Below, piece after piece: positions 37,198 to 47,026 of a DNA stretch of 64,000 nucleotides. The position numbers were made by a program, and so were the translations under genes. Below the pieces are notes generated by a model. It searched no databases, was not told where the DNA came from, and saw only the letters and a list, made by a program, of their open reading frames with translations. The first letter of the stretch is position 1. Each line of letters starts with the position of its first letter. Source of the DNA: Clostridia bacterium (GTDB taxonomy: Bacteria; Bacillota; Clostridia; UBA1212; UBA1255); assembly GCA_017560225.1 (NCBI GenBank), contig JAFYOJ010000090.1, forward strand, positions 1,386-65,385, given 5' to 3'.

Positions 37198-37920
37198 TTA
37201 TTCAATCTTTAATTCACAACACTGCACCCAAGAAAGACGTTCCGGAAAGTCCTTGCCCATCTTCTTTGTAAGCCACTGCCGAATCTGCGCATAGCCCGAC
37301 ACATCCGTAGGCCCTCTGTCAGAAACACCATGGCAATCACTGCCGAAGAAAACAGGATACCCTTCCTTCATTACTTTCTTTATGAAAGCTTTTGCTTTCC
37401 GATCGTTAAAAGCAGTATGATTAAACTGAAAACAGATTCCGGGAATTTCCAGAATCTTCTTCAAATCCTTCTTGCTGATACGGGACAACACGCGCTCCAC
37501 ATGGGCAATCACCGGACGCACATTATAAATGGCAGTCACGCCGGAAAGTACGGTGTACATCCATTCTCTAAATTCAGACACAGGCAACTCTAAGAGTAAT
37601 AAATCTGTATCTCCAATACACAACAGATCTAAATCTTCCGTAAGAAGCAGATTGCGTTCCACATAAACTTCTGCCCCCAACAAAATACGGGGCATTGTCT
37701 GTCCATTTTGTGCGGCAGCGTCTTGCAATATCCGCGCCGCCTCCGAAATTCTTTGTTTAAAAGCAACAGGCTTTTCGTCTAAAGAAAAATAATGAGGGGT
37801 AGCAATGACAAGATCGACTTGACTTTTCTCCATTTCCCGCAGCATACGAAGCGACGTGTCCACATTTTGGGCACCGTCATCTACGTTTGGTAAAATATGG
37901 GTATGGAAATCAATCCTCAT
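37198..37920 (-). CDS. cpsB: PHP-family Mn-dependent protein-tyrosine phosphatase (CpsB/YwqE type)
   Basis: MRIDFHTHILPNVDDGA ... PHYF ... GSDCH motifs of CpsB/YwqE. Confidence 0.8.
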   Translation of the reverse strand: MRIDFHTHILPNVDDGAQNVDTSLRMLREMEKSQVDLVIATPHYFSLDEKPVAFKQRISEAARILQDAAAQNGQTMPRILLGAEVYVERNLLLTEDLDLLCIGDTDLLLLELPVSEFREWMYTVLSGVTAIYNVRPVIAHVERVLSRISKKDLKKILEIPGICFQFNHTAFNDRKAKAFIKKVMKEGYPVFFGSDCHGVSDRGPTDVSGYAQIRQWLTKKMGKDFPERLSWVQCCELKIE

Positions 37921-38737
37921 CGTCCTCTTCCTTGTTCAGCAAGTCGGCAAAATCTGCAGTGGTCTGCTTCGCAGCAGGCGCAAACTCCATAGTCTTGTCC
38001 CCGCTTCGCTTGTATCCGTAGGATGCGTAACGCGTATATTTCTTGTATTTTCGACTGTAATACTTGCCGTGACCACTGGGAACTTCCGCAATGGTGTAAC
38101 CAAGAAGTGCAACACCGGTTGCAGAGAACGCATCTACCGCACGATGTAAATCATCATACGTAGTATGTCCGTAACGAAGTACAAACATAACGCCTGAAAC
38201 GTACGCAGAAAGTACCGCAGCATCGGTTACCAAATTAACCGGCGGTGTATCCAGGATAATATAATCGTAATACTCATTCATCTTCTCCAAGAAAATCTTC
38301 ATCCGCTCACTGCCCAAAAGTTCAGACGGGTTCGGCGGAATAACACCGGAAGGCATAAAATCCAAATTCGGCAGTACCTCTCTGCAAAGGGCCTCAGAGA
38401 AAGACTCAAATCCAACCAAGAATCTGGAAAGACCGTGATTGTAATTTACCTTAAAGAAGGTATGAAGCGTAGGCTTTCGCATATCCGCATCAATCAACAG
38501 TACTTTACTGCCATTCTGCGCCAGAGCAATAGCTAAATTAGCAGCCGTCGTACTCTTACATTCAGAAGCATTGGCCGAGGCAACAATGACACTCTTGCCA
38601 CCGGTGGGTGCTAACGCGAACACAATATTCGTACGCAACGTATTAAACGCTTCACGGACAGGAAACGCAGTCTTGTCATTCAAGATACGATCTTTGGGCA
38701 TCAATTTATTCTTCTTATTCTTCTTGCCAAACAGCAT
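37910..38737 (-). CDS. cpsD: BY-kinase catalytic subunit (CpsD/YwqD-type tyrosine kinase)
   Basis: Walker A' / A region (VIVASANASECKSTTAANLAIALA), Walker B (LLIDADMRKP), C-terminal Tyr cluster (YYSRKYKKYTRYASYGY). Confidence 0.8.
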   Translation of the reverse strand: MLFGKKNKKNKLMPKDRILNDKTAFPVREAFNTLRTNIVFALAPTGGKSVIVASANASECKSTTAANLAIALAQNGSKVLLIDADMRKPTLHTFFKVNYNHGLSRFLVGFESFSEALCREVLPNLDFMPSGVIPPNPSELLGSERMKIFLEKMNEYYDYIILDTPPVNLVTDAAVLSAYVSGVMFVLRYGHTTYDDLHRAVDAFSATGVALLGYTIAEVPSGHGKYYSRKYKKYTRYASYGYKRSGDKTMEFAPAAKQTTADFADLLNKEEDDED

Positions 38738-39495
38738 TAGCGTCTGCCCCCTTTCCGTTCGGAAATTTGTTCACTGTATTTGTAGTACGTATAACCGCCT
38801 TTAAAGGTATCATTCATATCGGGAATTTCGCCCATGAATCGAAGTTTCGTCGTTTCTGTCACACGTGCAGATTCCCGAACCGTATTATCCATCATATGAA
38901 CGATGATAATAATACCACAACTCAGCACAAGGCCGACCAACACACCCAAAAATGTGTTGGTTTGGATATTGGGCGATGCCGGACTGGACGGAACTCTTGC
39001 AGAATCCAATTTCGCCAAGGTATAGCCCACATACATAGGCGCCACAACATCGGGGGCAATTTCCGTAATTTTATTACAAATCAAATAGGACAATTCCGGG
39101 TCTGTGGTGTTTACGGAAATATATAAAACATCAGAAACATCTTCATTTGTAGAAACGGAAATGCGTACATTGGCAGAAGCCGGAATTTGCACTCCGTCAT
39201 CCCAAAGAGCCTGATACAAATACTCCCGGTAATCATAAGAATCTAATTTCTCCTTATACACCGGAACAATCTTTAAGCGAATAGAAACCTCTCCGGTGCT
39301 TACAGAATCCGATTCCATGTCCATATTACTCATTCCCTGCACATGCATCTTTGCAGAAGAAGTATATGTAGGGGCAATCAGAAAAGCGGAGTACGCATAA
39401 GAAAGCGCACCCACCACAACGGCACTAATCAAAATCCACACAATCTTGTCCAGCAAAAGTCTGGCAATTGTCTTAAGATCTATTGTATCCTTCAA
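38737..39495 (-). CDS. cpsC: BY-kinase transmembrane activator / Wzz-like chain-length determinant (CpsC/YwqC type)
   Basis: Two TM helices flank a periplasmic Wzz-like domain. N-terminus KDTIDLKTIARLLLDKIVWILI fits CpsC. Start set to an in-frame TTG with AAGGAG RBS, since the ORF has no ATG before residue 58. Confidence 0.7.
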   Translation of the reverse strand: MKDTIDLKTIARLLLDKIVWILISAVVVGALSYAYSAFLIAPTYTSSAKMHVQGMSNMDMESDSVSTGEVSIRLKIVPVYKEKLDSYDYREYLYQALWDDGVQIPASANVRISVSTNEDVSDVLYISVNTTDPELSYLICNKITEIAPDVVAPMYVGYTLAKLDSARVPSSPASPNIQTNTFLGVLVGLVLSCGIIIIVHMMDNTVRESARVTETTKLRFMGEIPDMNDTFKGGYTYYKYSEQISERKGGRR

Positions 39496-39566
39496 AACAG
39501 CATTCTCCTTTAGCTTCAATTACAGATATACAAATCACATTATAGCACACATCTTTTTTTTTGTCA

Positions 39567-40298
39567 TCAAGTAAACCATGCCCAAAAACTTTTAATTTCC
39601 TGCTTGGTTTTTTGGAAAAGATCAATCACCTTAAAACGTACGGTCACCCGATTGGTTTCTACCTTTTCCGGAAGGCTTACAGGCGTTTCGGTTGCTTCAG
39701 CTTCAGGCGCAGCCGTATTTTCCGGCACTCGGGCATTCACAAAACATAATTTCGGGAAAAGGACGCACCACCAGTTTCTACCGGCCGCCTCTCCAATTTC
39801 TACGCGGAGAGCCTGATAAACCCCCGCAGGCAAAGACCCACCTTCGTAGTCACGAGTAGGAAAATAGACTTCCTCCAGCCGCACAGACACAGGATAGTCG
39901 TAGCCCTCCTCACCAATACAGACGGCTGCCGCCTGAGAAAGAACCTCCGTATTTTCCGCTATGCGGGCTTTAGCTTCCTCCCGGGTCTTGCAGTCGGACA
40001 GCAATGTTTCCGACGCCGTCAACACACAATCCCGCACTTTTAATTTTAATGCCTGATCTGCAGCAGAATCACTGTTGGCAAGCACGTGAAGACGAAGCAC
40101 CTCTTCAGAAATGCCACGAAATTCCATTTCTGAATAGACGCAAAAACTCCAAACCACCACAAAAATACATGCCGCCACGGTAGCCATTATTTTCTTTCGC
40201 CGTTCTGTTTTTTGTTCTGTACAAGGGAAGGGAATAATTTCCATTTCCATTTTACATCGCCTCCTCATTCCAAGTTTCTCCCATTTTTTTGAATTCAT
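39567..40298 (-). CDS. spoIIR: Stage II sporulation protein R
   Basis: LRLHVLANSDSAADQALKLKVRD core motif of SpoIIR, with an N-terminal signal/TM segment. Confidence 0.8.
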   Translation of the reverse strand: MNSKKWEKLGMRRRCKMEMEIIPFPCTEQKTERRKKIMATVAACIFVVVWSFCVYSEMEFRGISEEVLRLHVLANSDSAADQALKLKVRDCVLTASETLLSDCKTREEAKARIAENTEVLSQAAAVCIGEEGYDYPVSVRLEEVYFPTRDYEGGSLPAGVYQALRVEIGEAAGRNWWCVLFPKLCFVNARVPENTAAPEAEATETPVSLPEKVETNRVTVRFKVIDLFQKTKQEIKSFWAWFT

Positions 40299-40364
40299 AC
40301 AAAAAATACTGAAAATTTGTCTAATTTATGGTATACTGTACAGGAACAACAGAAGGAGGATTTT

Positions 40365-41297
40365 ATGGCAGGACGTCCCCATCATCATACAACTTGTTCT
40401 ATTTATGATTTATGCAGTGCCCGGCACGACCCTGCCTTCATTGTGGTTGCCGCTCGTTTTAAAGGACATTGGGTCTTTATCCAGCGCAAAGGGACTGAAT
40501 TATTTGAATGTCCCAGCGGACGTGTGCGCCAAGGAGAGTCCCCTGTAATTACAGCAAGACGCATTTTATACGAGCAAACCGGCATTACCGCCGGGAAATT
40601 ATATCCTGTTTGTAATTATTCTTTGGCCACAGCCCAAAGCTTTAAATCTCACGGATCTCGGAAAGAAACCTACGGAAGACTTTACTATGTAGAAGCCCTT
40701 TGCAAGACAGCACTGCCCAATTTTGACGTAGCTTGTACAAGAGAAGACGGTTGGATTCCCGGCGAGAATGAATGGAATCACCCTTTGGTACAGAAACCGC
40801 TTTTCCGAAAAGTATCTGCTTGGTTAGAGGACGTCAAAGAGAATGGAGCCCCGGAAACAGAAGCATTTTTCTTTGAGAAAGTCTGCGGTATCGTTCCCTA
40901 TTGCATCAAAGACGGCGTCCGTCACTATTTAGCTATTCAAAATTTATCCGGCCATATCGGTTTCCCGAAAGGTCATACCGAGAACGGAGAAACGGAAATA
41001 GAAACAGCCCGTCGAGAAGCAAAAGAAGAAGCGGGCGTACAAGTAGAAACGCTCCCCGGTTTCCGATTCTGTTTTTCCTACCGAGCACAAGAACACGCCT
41101 TGCGCATTCATAAATACGCCGTCTACTTTATTGGCGAATTTTCCTTAAATCAGGCGCAGATTCAGGCTCAACCGGAAGAAATTTTGAACTGGTGGCTGAA
41201 ACCCTACGAAGAAATACTTACCATGTTGAACAAACCCAACGACAAAGCGTTACTGACCCGCGCAGAAGAATTCCTTTCCCAGAAAGACGAAGCATAA
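40365..41297 (+). CDS. Tandem Nudix-hydrolase-domain protein
   Basis: C-terminal domain carries a canonical Nudix box GHTENGETEIETARREAKEEAGV. The N-terminal domain carries a degenerate box (GESPVITARRILYEQTGI). Start at the ATG with GAAGGAGGA RBS; the track start is TTG. Confidence 0.7.
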   Translation: MAGRPHHHTTCSIYDLCSARHDPAFIVVAARFKGHWVFIQRKGTELFECPSGRVRQGESPVITARRILYEQTGITAGKLYPVCNYSLATAQSFKSHGSRKETYGRLYYVEALCKTALPNFDVACTREDGWIPGENEWNHPLVQKPLFRKVSAWLEDVKENGAPETEAFFFEKVCGIVPYCIKDGVRHYLAIQNLSGHIGFPKGHTENGETEIETARREAKEEAGVQVETLPGFRFCFSYRAQEHALRIHKYAVYFIGEFSLNQAQIQAQPEEILNWWLKPYEEILTMLNKPNDKALLTRAEEFLSQKDEA

Positions 41298-41307
41298 AGT
41301 ATCAAGG

Positions 41308-41345
41308 CACCTCATAAGATTGCATAGAAGCATTCCTATGAGGTG
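41308..41345 (+). promoter_or_regulatory. Hairpin (cacctcata-20 nt loop-tatgaggtg) whose 3' arm contains the GAGGTG RBS of the downstream lipoprotein gene
   Basis: 9-bp perfect inverted repeat. The right arm ends 5 nt before ATG 41351. Could act as terminator for the Nudix gene and/or a translational attenuator. Confidence 0.35.
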
Positions 41346-41350
41346 TTATT

Positions 41351-42016
41351 ATGTTGAAGTCTACATTTAAATCCATGCTTGCAGGCGGGCTGACAATCCT
41401 CTCCATTTTATCCCTTTGTGCTTGCAAGGCAGAAATTCCCACCGGAACGGAAGATGAGAACTTTGCACCGGTGAGCAGTGTTGCGGTCGGCACTGAAGAA
41501 ACGTCGGCGCTTTCCGGTAAAATGCATTTTCGAATCTACTACGCCAATGCCACCGGCACAAAATTGGCACCTGAAATAAAATTAACGGAATACAGCAAAG
41601 ATTTTCGCCATACCGATACCTTAGCGAAAGCTATGCTTTCCCAAATGTTAGTCCCTCCTGCCAATCAAAAACTGCAAAAAACTTTACCGGAGGGTACCAT
41701 TATCAATAGCGTCATTGCCGTAGGAAACTGCCTGACGGTAGATCTTTGCCAAGCATTTTACGATAACCTGGCTGCAAACACCAAAACCGCGCCACTGGTA
41801 CTGGCCTCCATTGTCACCACATTGACCGAATTGAAAGACATTACGTACGTTACTTTCTTGTGCGACGGGAAAACGCCCGCCATGTCCGGCAATTTCATCA
41901 AATTGACGCGAAACAGCGCCGTAGTGGCGGCCGCTTTGGAAATCACCACCTTGGCAGAAATCAATCAGGACGCAGTGGAAGCGGGCGCTTCCTGGGAAGA
42001 CGTGGTGTTGGAGTAA
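41351..42016 (+). CDS. GerMN-domain lipoprotein (sporulation/germination-associated)
   Basis: Lipobox LSLCAC. GerMN (germane) domain pattern: LPEGTIINSV...GNCLTVDLCQAFYDN...LVLASIVTTLTELKDITYVTFLCDGKT. Confidence 0.6.
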   Translation: MLKSTFKSMLAGGLTILSILSLCACKAEIPTGTEDENFAPVSSVAVGTEETSALSGKMHFRIYYANATGTKLAPEIKLTEYSKDFRHTDTLAKAMLSQMLVPPANQKLQKTLPEGTIINSVIAVGNCLTVDLCQAFYDNLAANTKTAPLVLASIVTTLTELKDITYVTFLCDGKTPAMSGNFIKLTRNSAVVAAALEITTLAEINQDAVEAGASWEDVVLE

Positions 42017-42037
42017 TCCCATAGGTAAAAACACATC

Positions 42038-42655
42038 TTGCGTCCCACCGCGAATTCCTTTATACTGAAGCAAATACAGAAGGGAGTTTCGCCGTTGGAC
42101 GCAAATTTTTCCACAATCATACAAGAAGCCTTGCCCCAAACTGCCCACACCCCCCATCTTCTTCTTCGAAGTCGGGAGAACAGCGTGCAGTTATACACCA
42201 ACTATGCCTTGGTGACCGGCATTGCTCCGGAAATTTGTGCAGATACGTTCAACAGGCAAAGCAGCGTCGGAAAGGCCATAGCGCAGGGGGATTTTATTCA
42301 TTTTACCCTCTCCCAAACAGAACTCCAAAACACGCTGGCCACCATCGCATCGGCCTACCAACCGGCCCCCCCGGCACTTCCTGATGAGGTGGTAAAATAT
42401 CTGCAATATGTCATCACGGAACTAATCAAAACCTATCCCACCGCAGAAACAGCCAAGCCGTATACCCAAGAAGAACAAGACTTAGCCATCCTGCTCATTT
42501 ATATGGCGCAACGTTCCGAGAACAAACAAAAACGGCAACAAGAGCTTGCTGCTCGTATTGCCGCATTTCTGAAGAATATACTCTTTTCCAAAATTTCCGC
42601 CGACACCCAACTATTACTTCGGGCGGCCCACGTTATGCTTCAGCCAACTTACTGA
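42038..42655 (+). CDS. hypothetical protein (start uncertain; alternative TTG at 42095 with GAAGGGAG RBS)
   Basis: No internal ATG for about 150 codons. Converges on and overlaps the LMW-PTP 3' end by about 23 nt. Confidence 0.35.
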   Translation: MRPTANSFILKQIQKGVSPLDANFSTIIQEALPQTAHTPHLLLRSRENSVQLYTNYALVTGIAPEICADTFNRQSSVGKAIAQGDFIHFTLSQTELQNTLATIASAYQPAPPALPDEVVKYLQYVITELIKTYPTAETAKPYTQEEQDLAILLIYMAQRSENKQKRQQELAARIAAFLKNILFSKISADTQLLLRAAHVMLQPTY

Positions 42656-43103
42656 CCAGTACGCGAAGGGCTTGCTCAATCAGACCGGCACAACGGTCAT
42701 AGTCTTCTTCGTCCCCTCTGTAAGGATCTTCAATATCTTGCACGCCGGAAAGTCCGTCCTCTCCGTACACGTATTCCAACAAAGTATAAATCTTCTCCTC
42801 CGCCTCCGGATATGCCTCGATCAAAGTATGCTTCAAATCCATATCCATGGTCAGAATACAATCGCTCTCCTCTGCCAATTCCTCTGTCATAGGCTGCGCC
42901 TTATGTTTCTCCCCCTCAAGGTCATACAATCGAGCAAGCACGTCTACCGCTTCCTCTACTGCTTCATCATCTTCCACCGCAAAAATACCGGCAGATTGCA
43001 CGTCACAATCCAAATCAGCCTCTTTCAAAAGCATCTTCATCAGATACTCCGCCAAGAAACTCCGACACGTATTGGATGTACAAACAAAAAGAATATTATC
43101 CAA
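42633..43103 (-). CDS. Low-molecular-weight protein-tyrosine phosphatase
   Basis: C(X)5R P-loop CTSNTCRS and a DPY-like Asp loop. Start set to TTG giving LDNILFVC... (GGAAAGGGAAAGAG RBS); the track start is also TTG, 10 codons upstream, with no RBS. Confidence 0.75.
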   Translation of the reverse strand: MDNILFVCTSNTCRSFLAEYLMKMLLKEADLDCDVQSAGIFAVEDDEAVEEAVDVLARLYDLEGEKHKAQPMTEELAEESDCILTMDMDLKHTLIEAYPEAEEKIYTLLEYVYGEDGLSGVQDIEDPYRGDEEDYDRCAGLIEQALRVLVSKLAEA

Positions 43104-43119
43104 CTCTTTCCCTTTCCTT

Positions 43120-44205
43120 TCAAACTTCCTCAATACAATCTATAATTCGTCCTCCGGCTGCCCGGAATAACCGATTCATCACCGCATCACCAACGCCATC
43201 TTCCGAAACCGCTTGTGCGAAAACCACTTGTACGTCTTGCGTATCAAAGGTGCGCAAACAATCAAACAAACGTTCCGCGTGGGCCAGGCTGTCACCCATC
43301 TTCCCTAATGATAACACAACTTGGGCCTCTTTGTACAATTTTTTTGTTTCATCCGTTGCCAGCACCCCTACCCGAAGGCCTTTTGCCGCGGCCGACCGGA
43401 TTTCTCGCTGCATCCGAGCCACCACAGCGGCTTGACTTCCCGCATACACAGTGGTCTCTGCCACAGGTGCATAATGGCGATATTTCATGCCCGGGCTTCT
43501 GGGTTTTTCCACTTTACCCTCCAAGCCTTTCCAATCGTACGCCGCGCAAGTACCCAATACCCGCATCACATCTTCTTTCGTAACTGCGCCGGGACGAAGC
43601 ACCGTAGGTTCTTGGGAAACCAAATCCAGCACCGTGGACTCCACACCCACACGGGCATCCCCGCCGTCAATAATCACGTCCACTTTTCCATTCATATCTT
43701 CATAGACGTGGCTAAACTTCGTAGGGCTGGGACGGCCGGAAGAATTCGCACTGGGGGCCGCAATGGGTACGCCGCTCTCCCGAATGAGTGCCAGGGCCAC
43801 CGGATGCACCGGCATTCGAATACCTACTGTTTGCAATCCGCAAGAAACGGCCGGCGGAATCTGTTCATCCTTGCCCACAATCATGGTAAGGGGGCCGGGC
43901 CAGTACACTTCGCCCAAGGCCATGAGCCGTCTTTGTTCTTCTTCGTTATTGAAGGCCGCCACGCCTTGCAGCATCCCATAATCACTAATATGGACAATCA
44001 GAGGATTATCGGCAGGACGGTTTTTGGCGGTAAAAATACTTCGTACCGCTGCATCGTTAAAGGCATTGGCCCCTAACCCATACACCGTTTCTGTGGGAAA
44101 CGCAACCAAGCCGCCTTCCCGAATGACAGAACCGCAGTACTTTAGGGCCTCTATGTCCGGATCCTCTCCGGAAATTCGAATAATCTCAGTCTTCATCGCT
44201 GCCAC
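43120..44205 (-). CDS. tsaC: L-threonylcarbamoyladenylate synthase (Sua5/YwlC/TsaC)
   Basis: [15 protein letters not shown] motif and C-terminal Sua5 domain. The track start is GTG (AAGAGG RBS); an ATG lies 3 codons in. Confidence 0.85.
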   Translation of the reverse strand: MAAMKTEIIRISGEDPDIEALKYCGSVIREGGLVAFPTETVYGLGANAFNDAAVRSIFTAKNRPADNPLIVHISDYGMLQGVAAFNNEEEQRRLMALGEVYWPGPLTMIVGKDEQIPPAVSCGLQTVGIRMPVHPVALALIRESGVPIAAPSANSSGRPSPTKFSHVYEDMNGKVDVIIDGGDARVGVESTVLDLVSQEPTVLRPGAVTKEDVMRVLGTCAAYDWKGLEGKVEKPRSPGMKYRHYAPVAETTVYAGSQAAVVARMQREIRSAAAKGLRVGVLATDETKKLYKEAQVVLSLGKMGDSLAHAERLFDCLRTFDTQDVQVVFAQAVSEDGVGDAVMNRLFRAAGGRIIDCIEEV

Positions 44206-45262
44206 TTAACCTCTTTGCCTGATCCGAAAGGATCAAAGCATCTACAATTTCATCCAAATCACCGTTTAAAATCGCTTCCAAACGGTACAATGTCAATTCA
44301 ATCCGGTGGTCGGTCACACGGTTTTGGGGATAGTTATACGTACGAATGCGCTCACTGCGATCGCCCGTACCCACCTGGGACTTTCTCTCCTGAGACAGCG
44401 CTTGATCCGCCGCATTCTGAGAAATCTCATATAACTTCGCATACAAAACTTTGAAAGCTTTCTCTTTGTTCTTCAGCTGAGAACGCTGATCCTGACACGT
44501 TACCACAATGCCGGTAGGACGGTGTGTCAGACGAATAGCCGAGTCGGTCTTATTGATATGCTGACCGCCGGCACCGCTGGAACGATAAATGTCAATATCC
44601 ACGTCATTGGGATCTAACTGTACGTCCACTGCTTCTGCTTCCGGCAGAACAGCCACCGTAGCCGTCGACGTATGAATACGTCCGCCCGCTTCTGTTGCAG
44701 GCACACGTTGCACACGGTGAACACCGCTTTCAAACTTAAAACGGCTGTACGCACCGTTTCCCTCCACAGAGAAAACAACTTCTTTCATGCCGCCGATTTC
44801 CGTTTCGCTCACGTCCATAATTTCCACGTGCCAGCCGCGACTTTCTGCGTAATGGGCATACATTCTGAAAAGAACCGCCGCAAACAAGGCCGCTTCTTCT
44901 CCACCGGCGCCGCCGCGAATTTCAATAATAACGTTCTTGCGATCATTGGGATCTTGGGGGGTCAACAGTAATTTGAGCCGCTGTTCTAAATCACGGCAAG
45001 CCTGTGTCTTCTCTTCAAATTCCTCCCGGACCATTTCCTTAAATTCGGGATCCGTAAGGCCTTCCAACATTTCCCGAGCGCCGTCCCGTTCTTCAATACA
45101 CTTCTTGTATTCCCCATACACCTGGGCAATTTCAGAAAGCTCTGCGTGTTCCTGCAAAAGCTTACTGTAAAGTTCCCGATTGTTGATTACGTCAGGTTCT
45201 GTCAATTGCTGATTCAATTCTTCAAAGCGGTTCTCCGCCGCTTGTAATTTCTCTAACATCAT
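44186..45262 (-). CDS. prfA: Peptide chain release factor 1
   Basis: GGQ motif ([19 protein letters not shown]) and the RF1-type PAT tripeptide. ATGA overlap with recR. Confidence 0.9.
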   Translation of the reverse strand: MMLEKLQAAENRFEELNQQLTEPDVINNRELYSKLLQEHAELSEIAQVYGEYKKCIEERDGAREMLEGLTDPEFKEMVREEFEEKTQACRDLEQRLKLLLTPQDPNDRKNVIIEIRGGAGGEEAALFAAVLFRMYAHYAESRGWHVEIMDVSETEIGGMKEVVFSVEGNGAYSRFKFESGVHRVQRVPATEAGGRIHTSTATVAVLPEAEAVDVQLDPNDVDIDIYRSSGAGGQHINKTDSAIRLTHRPTGIVVTCQDQRSQLKNKEKAFKVLYAKLYEISQNAADQALSQERKSQVGTGDRSERIRTYNYPQNRVTDHRIELTLYRLEAILNGDLDEIVDALILSDQAKRLSGSDED

Positions 45263-45855
45263 AGTGTCACCCGATGCTGCAGCGCCATGGCCAGCGTCAC
45301 GTCATCCGCATATTCCAAATCGCCGCCGACGGGTACGCCGTGGGCAATTCGGGTCACCTTAATTCCTAAAGGTTTAATTAAACGTGCCAAATACATAGCC
45401 GTGGCCTCTCCCTCCACATTGGGATTGGTGGCCACAATCACTTCCGTCACACCCTCGTTCAAGCGAGCCAATAATTCCGCAATGCGCAAATCATCCGGAC
45501 CCACCCCGTTCATGGGTGAAATAGCGCCGTGGAGCACGTGATAAAGTCCGCGAAACTCTCTGGAGCGCTCCATAGCCAGCACATCACGAGGATCCTCCAC
45601 TACACAAATTAAAGAGGTATCCCGTGCCGTGTTGCTGCACACGTCACACACGTCCTTGTCAGACATATTCTGACAAACTGTACAGAACTTCAGTCCTCGG
45701 CGCGCGGACACAATGGCCTCCGCAAAGGCTTCCACATCCGCTTCGCTTCGGTGCATCAAGAAAAATGCCAAACGCTCGGCACTCTTATGGCCGATGCTGG
45801 GCAATTGCTCAAACGCTTCAATTAACTTGGTAACAGACGCTCCGTATACGCTCAT
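45259..45855 (-). CDS. recR: Recombination protein RecR
   Basis: HhH, C4 zinc finger ([16 protein letters not shown]), Toprim domain. Confidence 0.9.
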   Translation of the reverse strand: MSVYGASVTKLIEAFEQLPSIGHKSAERLAFFLMHRSEADVEAFAEAIVSARRGLKFCTVCQNMSDKDVCDVCSNTARDTSLICVVEDPRDVLAMERSREFRGLYHVLHGAISPMNGVGPDDLRIAELLARLNEGVTEVIVATNPNVEGEATAMYLARLIKPLGIKVTRIAHGVPVGGDLEYADDVTLAMALQHRVTL

Positions 45856-45873
45856 AGCCTCTCCCGCTTCAAA

Positions 45874-46218
45874 TTACATCGGAAGTCCTGCGGTGTACTT
45901 CCCCATCTTTTCTTCACTGACTGCATCAATCTTAGAGGTGCAATCGTTTATGGCTGCCACAATCAAATCCTGGAGCATTTCAACGTCATCAGGATCCACA
46001 ACTTCCGGCTTCAATTCAACGCCGGTAACCTTCTTGGAGCCCTGCATGGTCACCTTTACCATACCGCCACCGGAAGTACCTTCAAAAACAGTGGCTTCCA
46101 ATTCTTCCTGTTCCTTGGCCATTTCTCTTTGGAGCTGTTGTGCCTGCTGCATCATACGCTGCATGCTGTTGCCGCCACCGCTCTTCTGACCAAATCCACC
46201 TCTGAAACCTTTAGACAT
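45874..46218 (-). CDS. ybaB: Nucleoid-associated protein YbaB/EbfC
   Basis: YbaB family. Start at MSKGFRGG with AAGGAGG RBS; the track M1 lies upstream and contains this RBS. Confidence 0.85.
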   Translation of the reverse strand: MSKGFRGGFGQKSGGGNSMQRMMQQAQQLQREMAKEQEELEATVFEGTSGGGMVKVTMQGSKKVTGVELKPEVVDPDDVEMLQDLIVAAINDCTSKIDAVSEEKMGKYTAGLPM

Positions 46219-46289
46219 TATGTCGTCCTCCTTCAAATCATCATACGAAGTTCATTATACAAGAAAAACGGCAAAGTTTCAATAACCGG

Positions 46290-46319
46290 TTGCAGACAAT
46301 CGTCAGGTTGTGGTACAAT
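46290..46319 (+). promoter_or_regulatory. Sigma-70-type promoter with extended -10 (TTGCAG - 18 nt - TGgTACAAT)
   Basis: Located about 30 nt upstream of the GAGGGAGG RBS of the + strand membrane-protein gene at 46349. Confidence 0.45.
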
Positions 46320-46348
46320 GAAACCCTAAAATATGAGGGAGGTTCTCT

Positions 46349-47026
46349 ATGACAGATTTCCAGCAAGAGCAAGAGCAAGAACTCGAGCAGCAACCGGAAA
46401 CAAAAGAAAATCTGCGCACAGCACTGCTTAACCGCGTGCTGGATTTTGTGGCACCGGAATCCAAAGGAAACCGCAAATCGGCCCCCAAGAAAGATCCCAA
46501 CGCCCCGAGAAAATCCTCCTACTTCTCCCAGGCAGTCCATAAGAACCGCAATCCATTAAACTTATCCGGTCCTGCGCAGCGGACGCTTGGCCTTATCTTA
46601 TTGGCAGTAGCCGCCATTGATTTAGTGGCATTTTCCAGAATTGTTACCAATCGGTTCTTTACTTTGGCAGGAAATTTGATGTATTTCTTCCGATTAGATA
46701 CGTTGACGTACCACTTAAACACATTGGTAGAGATTCAAGTTATTATTAGTTTAATATTAAGCGCGGTATTGGGCGGTCTTTTAATCTATTGGTTCTCGAA
46801 ATTTACCGTTTACCTTTCCACCACCGCCGGACTTTCCGTGCAAAGGCGACACGTAACCTACGTATTAGGGATTCTCGCCCTGATTTTCTTCTTGTGTTTC
46901 TTTGTCAGCATTTGCAGCGGAAACTCGTATGCGTCCTATGAAACGTTTCATTATCTGGCGCCTTTCCTGACCTATTTAAGCGGTCTTTGCATCTTCGGTC
47001 TCAGCCAAGTGCAATTCGATATTTAA
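46349..47026 (+). CDS. hypothetical membrane protein (acidic N-terminus, 4 TM)
   Basis: Strong RBS. Predicted TM helices. No recognizable family. Confidence 0.5.
   Translation: MTDFQQEQEQELEQQPETKENLRTALLNRVLDFVAPESKGNRKSAPKKDPNAPRKSSYFSQAVHKNRNPLNLSGPAQRTLGLILLAVAAIDLVAFSRIVTNRFFTLAGNLMYFFRLDTLTYHLNTLVEIQVIISLILSAVLGGLLIYWFSKFTVYLSTTAGLSVQRRHVTYVLGILALIFFLCFFVSICSGNSYASYETFHYLAPFLTYLSGLCIFGLSQVQFDI

Noticed and set aside
43321-44076. 251-aa plus-strand ORF
   Set aside because: Antisense to sua5/tsaC, with no independent evidence.
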